Positions 18,778-27,107 of a stretch of DNA of 59,315 nucleotides are shown one piece after another. Source of the DNA: a virus (Duplodnaviria > Caudoviricetes). A program made the translations under genes and the position numbers. Positions within the stretch are counted from its first letter, which is position 1. Every line of letters begins with the position of its first letter. The DNA is taken from positions 1 through 59,315 of IMG/VR virus record IMGVR_UViG_3300003888_000077. The stretch is one strand, 5' to 3'. The notes under the pieces are model-generated. The model did no database searches, had not been told where the DNA came from, and was given only the letters and a program-made list of their open reading frames with translations.

Positions 18778-19170
18778 CTAAGCGGTGAGGGGAATCAAGC
18801 GGACGGCAACAGCACAGCCCTCGTAGGACTTGCGGCTGAGGCCCTGGCCGCCGTAGCCGAAGTAGCACCCCCAGGCGCAGGAAGCGTCATCCTCTTCGCT
18901 GGTCCAGTGCCAGCGCGGCTGCAGCTTGGCCTTGAGGTTGGCGTAGATCAGGGCGGCCACGGGGCGTGTGGGCAGCACGCCGCCCTGCTTTTTGGCCCAG
19001 GTGATAGCCTTCTTCCATGTCAGGTTCTCGCCCCAGGCGTTGAGATGGGCCACGGCCACGTGGGAGCCATCTGCTTGGGTAAGGATGCCGGCGAAGGTGC
19101 CGTCGGCAAGGTCGGAGCCGACCATGGGAAGGTCTTTGAAGGCGATGGTCGCTATGGGTGTGTTGGACAT
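18778..19170 (-). CDS. DGR target 2, DUF1566/CLec-like protein (130 aa)
   Basis: WKKAITWA..GGVLPTR..WHWTS..AW; VR2 near the 3' end; GGAG RBS. Confidence 0.9.
   Translation of the reverse strand: MSNTPIATIAFKDLPMVGSDLADGTFAGILTQADGSHVAVAHLNAWGENLTWKKAITWAKKQGGVLPTRPVAALIYANLKAKLQPRWHWTSEEDDASCAWGCYFGYGGQGLSRKSYEGCAVAVRLIPLTA
18799..18887 (-). repeat. Variable repeat VR2
   Basis: 89 bp aligned to TR with 16 mismatches, 15 at TR adenines. Confidence 0.95.
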
Positions 19171-19244
19171 GAGTTCTCCGGTGATGGTTCGCCAAGGGCA
19201 ACATTGCCCGCCAATGCCCCGCACGCGGGGCATGGACGGTGGTG

Positions 19245-19454
19245 TCAGCCCAGCTGCAGGCCGTAGGCGGCAGCGAAGGCGGATTGGTTGGAGTAGTCCT
19301 CGGATGGCTTGGCGTAACCAGTGACGAGGATCACGCCATTCGCGGACTCGTTAACACGCCCGTTTTGGAGTCGTACATCAATACGGCCGCTCACGTTGTT
19401 CAGCTCACACATCGCGCGGTAGACGGCTTCGGCTTGGGGTTGATTGAGAATCAC
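19245..19454 (-). CDS. First gene of the leftward early operon, hypothetical (69 aa)
   Basis: AGGAGG RBS before GTG. Confidence 0.7.
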   Translation of the reverse strand: MILNQPQAEAVYRAMCELNNVSGRIDVRLQNGRVNESANGVILVTGYAKPSEDYSNQSAFAAAYGLQLG

Positions 19455-19485
19455 GCTGACCTCCTATTAAATTCCATTACGGATA

Positions 19486-19513
19486 AATGATAAACCGAAA
19501 ACGGATATTCGCA
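19486..19513 (-). promoter_or_regulatory. PL-like promoter with operator in the spacer
   Basis: Minus strand TTGCGA-16 nt-TATCAT enclosing ATCCGTTTTCGGTT. Confidence 0.75.
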
Positions 19514-19559
19514 AAGAGATTTCTCGCGCCAGGCGCAAAAAAGTGCGCTGGCGCCGGTG

Positions 19560-20069
19560 CTAGACCAGGTTCAGGTGGTGTGTTTGGTTGTCCAACCTAG
19601 TGCCAATTGAATGGTGGCAGGACCCGCAAAGCAGGATCAGGTTCGCGGGCTTGGCGCCGTTAACCGTGGACTCCAATTGATACAGGCTATCCACGTGCAC
19701 TTCGTCTGCACACATTTCGCATTGACGCCAATAATTCGGCAGCTTCTTGCGGTTGCCGAGGTAGGAGCCTTGGCTGGCGTCTGCGGGGGTAGCGGCTGGA
19801 GCCTCAATCACGCCTCCGAGCTCTTTGACGGCTTCAACCATGGCCGGCAACAGGACCTGCGCATGCTCTTCTTCAACGAGGACTGCACGGCTCTTGACCT
19901 CGCCGGATGCCGTCACTGTGAAATTGATGATGGCCACCGGCTTTTCATCGCTGATGGCCTGGTCGATGTGCCATTGTCGAAGTTTCGCCACCCTTTCGGC
20001 GCTTACTTCGGTGGCAGGTTTAAGATGCGCGACTCCGCTTGGCGCGGGCGACCCCTTCCTTCTTACCAT
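19560..20069 (-). CDS. Protein downstream of the repressor with a degenerate HNH-like Zn module; start uncertain
   Basis: QCEMC...NLILLCGSCH. Confidence 0.5.
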   Translation of the reverse strand: MVRRKGSPAPSGVAHLKPATEVSAERVAKLRQWHIDQAISDEKPVAIINFTVTASGEVKSRAVLVEEEHAQVLLPAMVEAVKELGGVIEAPAATPADASQGSYLGNRKKLPNYWRQCEMCADEVHVDSLYQLESTVNGAKPANLILLCGSCHHSIGTRLDNQTHHLNLV

Positions 20070-20559
20070 TGCTCTTGTTCCCCAAACTGCGTTCGATGAC
20101 CTCAGATCCTGGCTTGGACGAAGCGCGTTGAACAGCAGCGACCATATTTGCAGGGACTGGCACGTCATGGTTGATGTTGACCTGGCGCGAATTGCCGCCG
20201 GACCATGGCTGTTTCTTGGCAGCCACCAAGCCAATATAACCAAGGACCGTTTGCTTCTCCAAATCGTCGAGGTTGCGCCACTGTTGCAGCAGTGACATTT
20301 CCTCTGCGTTTGGCGCCATTTTCGGCAGCACATTGCCGTCCTCTATGGGTTGCAGGAGGTCGGTCGGCTGAACGCCAAATGCGTGCGCGAGGGCGGCGAG
20401 AACATCAAGCCCGGTGTGGACCTGGCGGGAAAGGACCCGCTGAATTGTGGATTGCGACATCCCGATGCGCTTGTGCAGCTTGATCTGTGTATCCAGATCC
20501 GGCCTGGCATCCATGAGGGCGCGCAGACGCAAAGCGAGGATGTCTTTCAGTTCCATCAT
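20020..20559 (-). CDS. CI-like XRE-family repressor with no recognisable S24 peptidase domain
   Basis: HTH TQIKLHKRIGMSQSTIQRVL; divergent from cro. Confidence 0.85.
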   Translation of the reverse strand: MMELKDILALRLRALMDARPDLDTQIKLHKRIGMSQSTIQRVLSRQVHTGLDVLAALAHAFGVQPTDLLQPIEDGNVLPKMAPNAEEMSLLQQWRNLDDLEKQTVLGYIGLVAAKKQPWSGGNSRQVNINHDVPVPANMVAAVQRASSKPGSEVIERSLGNKSNGKKEGVARAKRSRAS

Positions 20560-20572
20560 GGTGTGAGAAGTA

Positions 20573-20629
20573 TTCCATAAACGGTTAATCGAATACGGTT
20601 TGTAGAAATAACCGTTTGCGGTTTAGAAT
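20573..20629 (+). promoter_or_regulatory. OR operator cluster and PR-like promoter
   Basis: TTCCA-TAAA-CGGTT, AATCG-AATA-CGGTT, AACCG-TTTG-CGGTT; -10 TAGAAT at 20624-20629. Confidence 0.75.
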
Positions 20630-20635
20630 TGCCCC

Positions 20636-20920
20636 ATGGCAAAAGAAACCATCCACCAATACCTGCTGCGCAGACTGGATGCCTGCAAGGGAATCCACTC
20701 GCAGATCGCCTCTGAATCTGGCGTGTCCCAGGCAACGATGTCGCGCATCTTTCGGCGCAAGGTTTCGCCGCGCCTGGATGCCGTAGACCCCATCCTTGCG
20801 TGGTTTGAAAAGCATGACAAGACGACTCGGAAGGCATCAGCAACCCGAGTCGGACGCCAAAAGGCAGGCCGTGTCAGCCGTGGTGCTGGCATTGCTACAC
20901 CCAGCCCCATCCGTCAGTAG
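20636..20920 (+). CDS. Cro-like HTH regulator
   Basis: SQIASESGVSQATMSRI; divergent from cI. Confidence 0.8.
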   Translation: MAKETIHQYLLRRLDACKGIHSQIASESGVSQATMSRIFRRKVSPRLDAVDPILAWFEKHDKTTRKASATRVGRQKAGRVSRGAGIATPSPIRQ

Positions 20921-21085
20921 CCCGAACAGGATCACAACGATGACAGTGGCCTGTGCAATTTCAAAAGCTGTGTGCCAGGTCAGGCTGATTCCCTTCTGCC
21001 GGGCGCCGGCTGCGAATACGCACGCTGCGGCCCAGGCCATCAAGGCAAATTGACCCCACGCCCAATCGACCACGGAAGAACCCCT

Positions 21086-21349
21086 ATGTCTAAAGATGGA
21101 ACCATGTTAAGTCGATCCGGCCGCTCTGACCCTGCGGGAAAACTCTCGGGGCGCCTGGACATTCCTGTGACCAAGGAAATGGAAGAGGCGGTCATTGCGA
21201 TGGCCGTCATCGCCAACAAGCCGAAGGCTGAATTTCTGCGCGAAGCGCTGGAGGAGGTCTTTTTCGGTCGGTTCAACATGATGCGAAGGTTAGCGCGAGC
21301 GAGCGTCCAACGTCCATGGGATGAATCTCCGATGAATAGCGGGGAGTAG
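21086..21349 (+). CDS. Small DNA-binding protein (RHH-like) in the CII position
   Basis: RLDIPVT..MEEAV...KAEFLREAL. Confidence 0.55.
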   Translation: MSKDGTMLSRSGRSDPAGKLSGRLDIPVTKEMEEAVIAMAVIANKPKAEFLREALEEVFFGRFNMMRRLARASVQRPWDESPMNSGE

Positions 21350-21354
21350 GGCAG

Positions 21355-21678
21355 ATGCAATGGGTCGCCCAGCAACTACTCAAGGCAAACCCAGGCTCCC
21401 TACGCCTGGAGATTCCACGCTACAACCCCAGGCCGCCTGGCGTCATGCGTGACGGCGGAGCCGCCAAGGCCATCTACGAAATGTTGCAGAAGTTTCCGGG
21501 CCGTTACTTCACCCATGGCGAAGTGATGTCGCGCACCGGCTGCACCAAGCGGGCCACCGACTGGGGCCTGCGCTACCTCAAGTCACTCAAGCTGATTTCC
21601 TGCTCGTCCGATGACGGCCGGAATTCTCGCTATCTGCGGTACGCCTTCAAAAGGGGAGACAGCAATGACGCATCTTGA
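21355..21678 (+). CDS. Winged-HTH-like protein
   Basis: FTHGEVMSRTGCTKRATDWGLRYL...RYLRY. Confidence 0.65.
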   Translation: MQWVAQQLLKANPGSLRLEIPRYNPRPPGVMRDGGAAKAIYEMLQKFPGRYFTHGEVMSRTGCTKRATDWGLRYLKSLKLISCSSDDGRNSRYLRYAFKRGDSNDAS

Positions 21679-21985
21679 CCACAGCCAGGCCGTGGCGGCC
21701 GTTCCCTACCAGCCCCACTCCAAGACCAGCAAGGATGCTGCGCTGCGGGTGTTGCCGAAGGCTGGAACCAAGCGTTCGATCCTGCTGGAGTTCCTGCGGG
21801 GCCGGGGGCTGGTAGGCGCCACCGACGAGGAAATGCAGTCCATGGTCCCCATGGCCGCCAACACGCAGCGCCCGCGGCGCGTAGAGCTCGCGCTGGGGCA
21901 TCACATCAAGGACAGCGGGCGCACGCGCCAGACCATCAGCGGTGACCACGCCGTGGTGTGGATCGCCGTTGCTGGCACGCAATGA
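21665..21985 (+). CDS. Winged-HTH-like phage protein
   Basis: TSKDAA...GATDEE...RPRRVEL...DSGRTR. Confidence 0.7.
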   Translation: MTHLDHSQAVAAVPYQPHSKTSKDAALRVLPKAGTKRSILLEFLRGRGLVGATDEEMQSMVPMAANTQRPRRVELALGHHIKDSGRTRQTISGDHAVVWIAVAGTQ

Positions 21986-22074
21986 AAAGGCTTCACCCGG
22001 CTAGGCTGATCCCCGAACGGCGCCTCACCAGCGCCCCGCCGTCAGTGTTTTGTTTTGGTGCATGAAAGGTGAGC

Positions 22075-22989
22075 ATGGACTGGTTTAGGTGGCACCACGG
22101 TACCGTGAACGATCCCAAGTTCCGGTTGGTGGCCAAGAAGGCCGGAGCCTCTGTGGCCGAGGCCCTGTCGATCTGGGCGGTTCTGCTGGAAGAGGCGAGC
22201 CAGGCCGACGACCGCGGCTGCTTTGGCAACCCAGACTTTGAGGCCTGGGACTGCGCCATGGGGCTGGATGACGGAAAATCCGAGCGCATCTACCGAGAGT
22301 TCTGCGCACGCGGAATGGTCGACGACGAAGGAAATCGCCTGTCCCGGTGGGAGTCGCGCCAACCCAAGCGCGAGCGGGAGGACAACACCGGCGCCGAACG
22401 GCAGGCGCGACACCGCGCAAAGGCCAAGGAGGTAACGCCAAGTAACGCCAGTTACATAACGGGTAACGGCACAGTAACGCAAAGTAACGCCGAGTCACCA
22501 CAAAAAACACCTAGAGGAGAGGAGAGGAGATTAGAAGAGAAGAACACACACACCGCTCCGCCGCCTGTGGATAACTGTGGTCCTGTGGATAACCAAGACC
22601 CGGTGTGTGTCGTTTTGGAAAAAGAGGGGATCCGGCACCTGAACCCGCTGGACCCCGAATTCGCGCGGTTGAAGTCCGAGGGGGCCGACATCGGACTCTG
22701 GACCCAGGCGGCAATGATCGCCTTCGACGGTGGGAACCCGCGGTTCGATTACGTGCTGGGGATCGTGCGCAAGAAGCTCGCTGACCGGGCTGCGCCACGG
22801 CAGCCACCACCGTCCCAGCCGATCACCACTCCAGGCCCATCAGGACCCGATCCTGCCCTGTTGAAGATCGAGCAGGACGACAAGATCACCAAACCCATGC
22901 CGATTGAAATCCGGCGGGACATTCAGCGAAGGCGAGAGGGATGGAAGCGCCAATCCAACGGAAAAGGAGCTGTGAATGCTGCCAAATAG
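22075..22989 (+). CDS. Phage replication initiator
   Basis: MDWFRWHHGTVNDPKF, WESRQ, AERQARHR; internal iterons. Confidence 0.8.
   Translation: MDWFRWHHGTVNDPKFRLVAKKAGASVAEALSIWAVLLEEASQADDRGCFGNPDFEAWDCAMGLDDGKSERIYREFCARGMVDDEGNRLSRWESRQPKREREDNTGAERQARHRAKAKEVTPSNASYITGNGTVTQSNAESPQKTPRGEERRLEEKNTHTAPPPVDNCGPVDNQDPVCVVLEKEGIRHLNPLDPEFARLKSEGADIGLWTQAAMIAFDGGNPRFDYVLGIVRKKLADRAAPRQPPPSQPITTPGPSGPDPALLKIEQDDKITKPMPIEIRRDIQRRREGWKRQSNGKGAVNAAK
22431..22592 (+). other. Putative replication origin (iterons plus DnaA boxes)
   Basis: Five GTAACG repeats in 22431-22490; TGTGGATAA at 22566-22574 and 22584-22592. Confidence 0.75.
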
Positions 22990-23243
22990 CCAAGGAGTTC
23001 CCGGGCTACCGCCTGCATTGCCCGTCGTGCCTGCACTGCGGGGCCAGGCTGATTCAGACGATTCAGCGCCTGTGCATACCGCCGCAGGAGAAGGCGCAGC
23101 GCTGTCGCGCAGTCCTGCACGACTGGATGGCCATGGGTCACGACGAGACGACCATACGCGCCCTAGCGAAAGGCAGCGCGAGGCCTATTGGCCCGGTCTG
23201 CGCTACGGCGTCCGAGCACCAGCCAACGGGGAAACGCCGCTGA
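22941..23243 (+). CDS. Cys-rich hypothetical protein; start uncertain
   Basis: CECC...CPSCLHC. Confidence 0.55.
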   Translation: MEAPIQRKRSCECCQIAKEFPGYRLHCPSCLHCGARLIQTIQRLCIPPQEKAQRCRAVLHDWMAMGHDETTIRALAKGSARPIGPVCATASEHQPTGKRR

Positions 23244-23286
23244 GCTGGGAGGAGGTCGAGGTGGGGCTGGTGATGGGGGCGCTGCA

Positions 23287-23691
23287 GTGATCCCCGTACG
23301 TCTGCCCCAGTCCCTGACCGAGTTCAGGGACAGCCCCAAGGACCGCAAGGCCCAGAAGTACCGCAACCAGAAGATCACCGACCCGGATGGCCAGGTGTTC
23401 GACTCCAAGGCCGAGCACAAGTTCTGGCACCACCTCAAGCTGCGCGAGCGTGCCCGGGAGATTTTCAACCTGGAGCGCCAGGTGGTGTACGTGCTGGCGC
23501 CTGCCGTAAAGATCGCCGGTCGCAACCGGCCACCGTTGCGCTACGTCGCCGACATGCGGTGGAACGAGGGCAGCAAGACCGGGCCGGTGGTGGTTGCTGA
23601 CGTGAAGGGGGCGGTGACGCCGGAATACCGGATTAAGCGCCACCTGATGGCGTCTGTGCATGGCATTGAGATTAAGGAGATTCGGGCGTGA
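23287..23691 (+). CDS. DUF1064 family putative endonuclease
   Basis: KYRNQK..FDSKAE..YVAD..DVKG..TPEYRIK. Confidence 0.88.
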   Translation: MIPVRLPQSLTEFRDSPKDRKAQKYRNQKITDPDGQVFDSKAEHKFWHHLKLRERAREIFNLERQVVYVLAPAVKIAGRNRPPLRYVADMRWNEGSKTGPVVVADVKGAVTPEYRIKRHLMASVHGIEIKEIRA

Positions 23692-24140
23692 GCGAAAACG
23701 CATCAACCTGGCGCCAGTCGTTCCACCTGCTGTGCGATCACCTGCTGGGCTATGGCATGAGCCGCAGCGTCTACAGCAGCAAGCTGATGCCCGACTGTGT
23801 GGTGAAGGTGGAGGATGGATCCGGGCAATTCCAGAACATCATCGAATGGGAGACGTGGCAGCGAGTCAAGCACACCGACATGGCCAAGTGGTTTGCGGAG
23901 TGTCGCTGGATCAGCCCCAATGGAACCATCCTGATCATGGAGCGCACCCGCCCGCCGGCGAAGGGCGAGTTCCTGGACAAGATGCCTGTGTTCCTGTGCG
24001 ATTTCAAGCGCACGAATTACGGCATGGTCGGACCTGGCAAAGGCAAGGATCGTCTGGTGTGCCATGACTACGGCACCAACCTGATGTTTGAGAACGGCAT
24101 GACGAAGCGCATGCACAAAGCGGATTGGTGGGATGCGTGA
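23688..24140 (+). CDS. Minimal protein-kinase-like protein
   Basis: LGYGMSRSVY, VVK, QNIIE, LIME, DFKRTN, DYG. Confidence 0.75.
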   Translation: MSENASTWRQSFHLLCDHLLGYGMSRSVYSSKLMPDCVVKVEDGSGQFQNIIEWETWQRVKHTDMAKWFAECRWISPNGTILIMERTRPPAKGEFLDKMPVFLCDFKRTNYGMVGPGKGKDRLVCHDYGTNLMFENGMTKRMHKADWWDA

Positions 24141-24649
24141 GCGGTAAGGACCTGACCCCGCAGCGCGAGAAGTTCGCCCAGATCATTGTGTCTGGCGAGA
24201 ACCAGTCTGACGCCTACCGCCAGGCATTCAAGGCCGGGAAGATGACGGCCAAGCAGATCCACGAAGAGGCGTCGAAGCTGGCGGCAAACCCGAAGGTTGC
24301 CCAAAGGATCGCAGAACTGCGTGCGCTGGTGGTCAAGGAACTGGTCATAGACAAGGCTGCCGTGCTGCAGGAGGCGGCCCGGCTGGCCTTCTCTGACCCC
24401 AGGGGCATCATCCATCCTGACGGCCGCGTGAAGTTGCCGCACGAGCTCGACGAGGTGACGGCACGGTCTGTGGCCTCGTTCAAGATCGACGAGTATGGCC
24501 GCATTGAGTACAAGTTCTGGGACAAGAATTCCGCCCTGGAGAAGCTGTTCAAGAACCTCGGCCTGTACGAGAAGGACAACGAGCAGCAGAAGCCAACGGT
24601 CTTCACCAAGATTGAACTGGTGGGCGTGAAGCCCAAGGTAAGAGAGTGA
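24137..24649 (+). CDS. terS: Terminase small subunit
   Basis: LTPQREKFA..SDAYRQA..ASKL..PKV..RIAEL; DKNSALEKL. Confidence 0.88.
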   Translation: MSGKDLTPQREKFAQIIVSGENQSDAYRQAFKAGKMTAKQIHEEASKLAANPKVAQRIAELRALVVKELVIDKAAVLQEAARLAFSDPRGIIHPDGRVKLPHELDEVTARSVASFKIDEYGRIEYKFWDKNSALEKLFKNLGLYEKDNEQQKPTVFTKIELVGVKPKVRE

Positions 24650-25974
24650 CGACAGCGCAACTGAAAATACCCGAAAAGCTGGTGGACGTGTTCACTGGCG
24701 AGGCCGACGTGCGCGGCGCCTATGGCGGCCGTGGCTCTGCCAAGACGATGACCTTCGCCAAGATGACCGCCGTGCGGGCCCTGATGTGGGACCAGGCCGG
24801 GCGGGAAGGCGTCATCGTCTGCGGCCGGGAGTTCCTGAATTCCATCGACGACTCCAGCCTGGCCGAAGTGAAGGCGGCCATCGAGTCCGAGCCAGAGCTG
24901 CTGGCGCCGCACTTCGAGATTGGCGAAAAGTACATCCGCACCAAGAGCCGGCGGATTGCCTACAAGTTCAGCGGCATGGACAAGAAGACGATCATGTCTT
25001 TGAAGTCCAAGGCCAAGATCCTGCTGCTGTGGGCTGACGAAGCCGAGCCCATCACCGACAAGGCCTGGGACATCGTGATCCCAACGCTGCGCCAGGAGGA
25101 CAGCGAGTTGTGGGTGACATGGAACCCGGCGCGAAAGAGCAGCGCGACGGATAAACGGTTCCGTCAGACCAAGGATCCGCGATTCAAGGTCGTGGAAATG
25201 AACTGGCGGGACAACCCATGGTGGCCAGCCATCCTGGAGCGCAAGCGCATTCGGTCTAAAGAAGCAGACCCGGACAGCTACGACCACATCTGGGAAGGCG
25301 GATACGCAACCTCGGTCAAGGGCGCCTACTTCACCAAGCAGATTGCCGCGGCAAAGCGAGAGGGGCGCATCGGGCGTGTGGCACGCGACCCGAACTTGAA
25401 GTTGCGACTGTTCGTCGACATCGGTGGAACCGGCCAGAATGCCGATGCCTTCACCATGTGGGGCGCGCAGTTCGTAGGTAGAGAGGTGCGCGTACTGAAC
25501 TACCACGAGGCCGTTGGCCAGGAGGTTGGCTTTCACCTCAACTGGATGCGTGAAAAAGGCTACGAGCCGACCAACACCGAGATTTTCCTGCCGCATGACG
25601 GGGCCACGCACGACAAGGTTTACAACGTCAGCTACCAGTCGGCATTCGAGGCTGCTGGCTATTCCGTAACGGTCATCCCCAACCAGGGCAGGGGGGCCGC
25701 AATCTCACGCATCAACGCCCTGCGGCGCATCTTCCCGTCGATGTGGATCAACGAGGAACCGACTGCGCCAGGTATCGAGGCTCTTGGCTGGTACCACGAG
25801 AAGTGGGATGACGAGCGCGATATCGGCCTGGGCCCAGAGCACGACTGGGCCAGCCACGGGTCTGACGCCGCCGGGCTGATGGCCATCGTGGCGGAGGATG
25901 CAATGCGGCCGGGGATGGGTATCAACCGGGAAGCGAACAGGTTCCGGCGGCGCGGGTCGCCTATGGCGGTATGA
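24646..25974 (+). CDS. terL: Terminase large subunit
   Basis: GGRGSAKT, WADEAE, WNP, HDWASHGSDA. Confidence 0.95.
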   Translation: MTTAQLKIPEKLVDVFTGEADVRGAYGGRGSAKTMTFAKMTAVRALMWDQAGREGVIVCGREFLNSIDDSSLAEVKAAIESEPELLAPHFEIGEKYIRTKSRRIAYKFSGMDKKTIMSLKSKAKILLLWADEAEPITDKAWDIVIPTLRQEDSELWVTWNPARKSSATDKRFRQTKDPRFKVVEMNWRDNPWWPAILERKRIRSKEADPDSYDHIWEGGYATSVKGAYFTKQIAAAKREGRIGRVARDPNLKLRLFVDIGGTGQNADAFTMWGAQFVGREVRVLNYHEAVGQEVGFHLNWMREKGYEPTNTEIFLPHDGATHDKVYNVSYQSAFEAAGYSVTVIPNQGRGAAISRINALRRIFPSMWINEEPTAPGIEALGWYHEKWDDERDIGLGPEHDWASHGSDAAGLMAIVAEDAMRPGMGINREANRFRRRGSPMAV

Positions 25975-26044
25975 CGATACAAGCATGGCAGATTGGGGCC
26001 CTTCATTTCGAAGACTCTGCCTTCCATCAACCCGAGGAGTACCC

Positions 26045-26323
26045 ATGAAACGTAGTCGATTCTTCACTGTCGCGCTCTTGGCCTGCGCAGCTGTGGCGGC
26101 CTTTTCCGTCTCAACCTATGACCACGCTGTCACAGCCGTCTCTGTCGCCTACCGTGGCGTCAAAGACTTCCTGGTCGAAGGCTTCAAGCTGGTGGCTGGC
26201 ACCCCCGAAACGCCCAAGGAACCGGCCGTGCAGCTGGTGCAGGCAAAGTCGTTCGTGCAGCGCATCGTCAAGCGCCAGCGCCCCATGGTGACGCCAGGCT
26301 GGCGAATGTGCCCCAGCGTCTGA
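26045..26323 (+). CDS. Small exported or membrane protein
   Basis: GAGGAG RBS; signal-like N-terminus. Confidence 0.7.
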   Translation: MKRSRFFTVALLACAAVAAFSVSTYDHAVTAVSVAYRGVKDFLVEGFKLVAGTPETPKEPAVQLVQAKSFVQRIVKRQRPMVTPGWRMCPSV

Positions 26324-26341
26324 CCGGTGACGCCTGCCAGG

Positions 26342-26366
26342 AAACCCGCTGCGAGCGGGTTTTTTT
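26342..26366 (+). terminator. Intrinsic terminator
   Basis: AAACCCGCT-GCG-AGCGGGTTT followed by T run. Confidence 0.85.
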
Positions 26367-26378
26367 GCGCCCTGATTC

Positions 26379-26398
26379 CGTGGCAAGCATGGCATATT
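26379..26398 (+). promoter_or_regulatory. Late-promoter-like motif, copy 1 of 6 (others at 26631, 29470, 30944, 42584, 46159)
   Basis: CGTGGCAAGCATG recurring before late gene blocks. Confidence 0.75.
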
Positions 26399-26675
26399 TA
26401 CAGCTCACGCAAAGGGCTCGTCATAGTCCTGAATGAACGGGTGGCGACCCGTTTTTAGTGGCAAGGCTCCCGCCGGATGAATGCGAATAGGGATAGGTGT
26501 GTACCAGTGGCCCTACGCGCTAACGCTTGACCAATTTGGCCGCGTTGCGTAGGGCTCCTGGGAAAACTGACGGCGCTTTTGAAGCTATACGTCAGTATCG
26601 TTCGTTGGCGGTCATTGGCAGTCAATTTTCCGTGGCAAGCATGCGAAAGTCGCCCCGAACTTCTCGGAGCTGGCA

Positions 26676-27107
26676 ATGGGCGTTACCCTCGATTTGCGCA
26701 AGGCGCATGCATCACACTATCGCGGCGACCTGGTTGTTGTCCTGTCCTGGATCAATGACGTTCGCGCACTCTTCCTGATTCCCCACATTCGCAAGGGCGC
26801 ACCTTGGTACGTGATCGAGGAGCCGGCCGCCCACTTCTGGCGCGATGACGACCCGGCCAACATCGCCAACGTCACCGTCAAGTCACGCAAGGCCTGCGAG
26901 GTCCTGGGGCTGGAGCCGTCCATCCAGAACCAAACCCGGATCATCGCCCTGGTCAACGACATGATCCCCGACTTATTGCGCATGCCGTCCGCTCCGCCTC
27001 CAACCTACCTGAAACAGAACTTCGGGACCATGGTGATGCGAGAGGCAGGCAAGGTGATCGCGGCCCAGGAGATTCGCCTGGAGGACGAGGGGCAAGAGTA
27101 TGTTTGA
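26676..27107 (+). CDS. Hypothetical protein preceding the portal
   Basis: GGAG RBS; overlaps the portal start. Confidence 0.75.
   Translation: MGVTLDLRKAHASHYRGDLVVVLSWINDVRALFLIPHIRKGAPWYVIEEPAAHFWRDDDPANIANVTVKSRKACEVLGLEPSIQNQTRIIALVNDMIPDLLRMPSAPPPTYLKQNFGTMVMREAGKVIAAQEIRLEDEGQEYV

Larger units (their letters stand above)
16528..19170 (-). mobile_element. Diversity-generating retroelement: target2-target1-avd-TR-RT
   Basis: RT, Avd, and TR/VR pairs differing almost only at TR adenines. Confidence 0.96.

Noticed and set aside
18746-18868. N-terminal extension or frameshift fusion of the two targets through the T9 run
   Set aside because: Target 2 stops before the run and target 1 has its own RBS and ATG at 18745
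17624-18887. Three near-identical repeats as a CRISPR array
   Set aside because: They are about 90 bp, hundreds of bases apart, lie in coding frames and are explained by TR/VR; no cas operon is present
26379-26398. Late motif as a sigma54 promoter
   Set aside because: TGGCA is present, but it varies in two copies and the -12 TTGC element is not conserved at the required spacing
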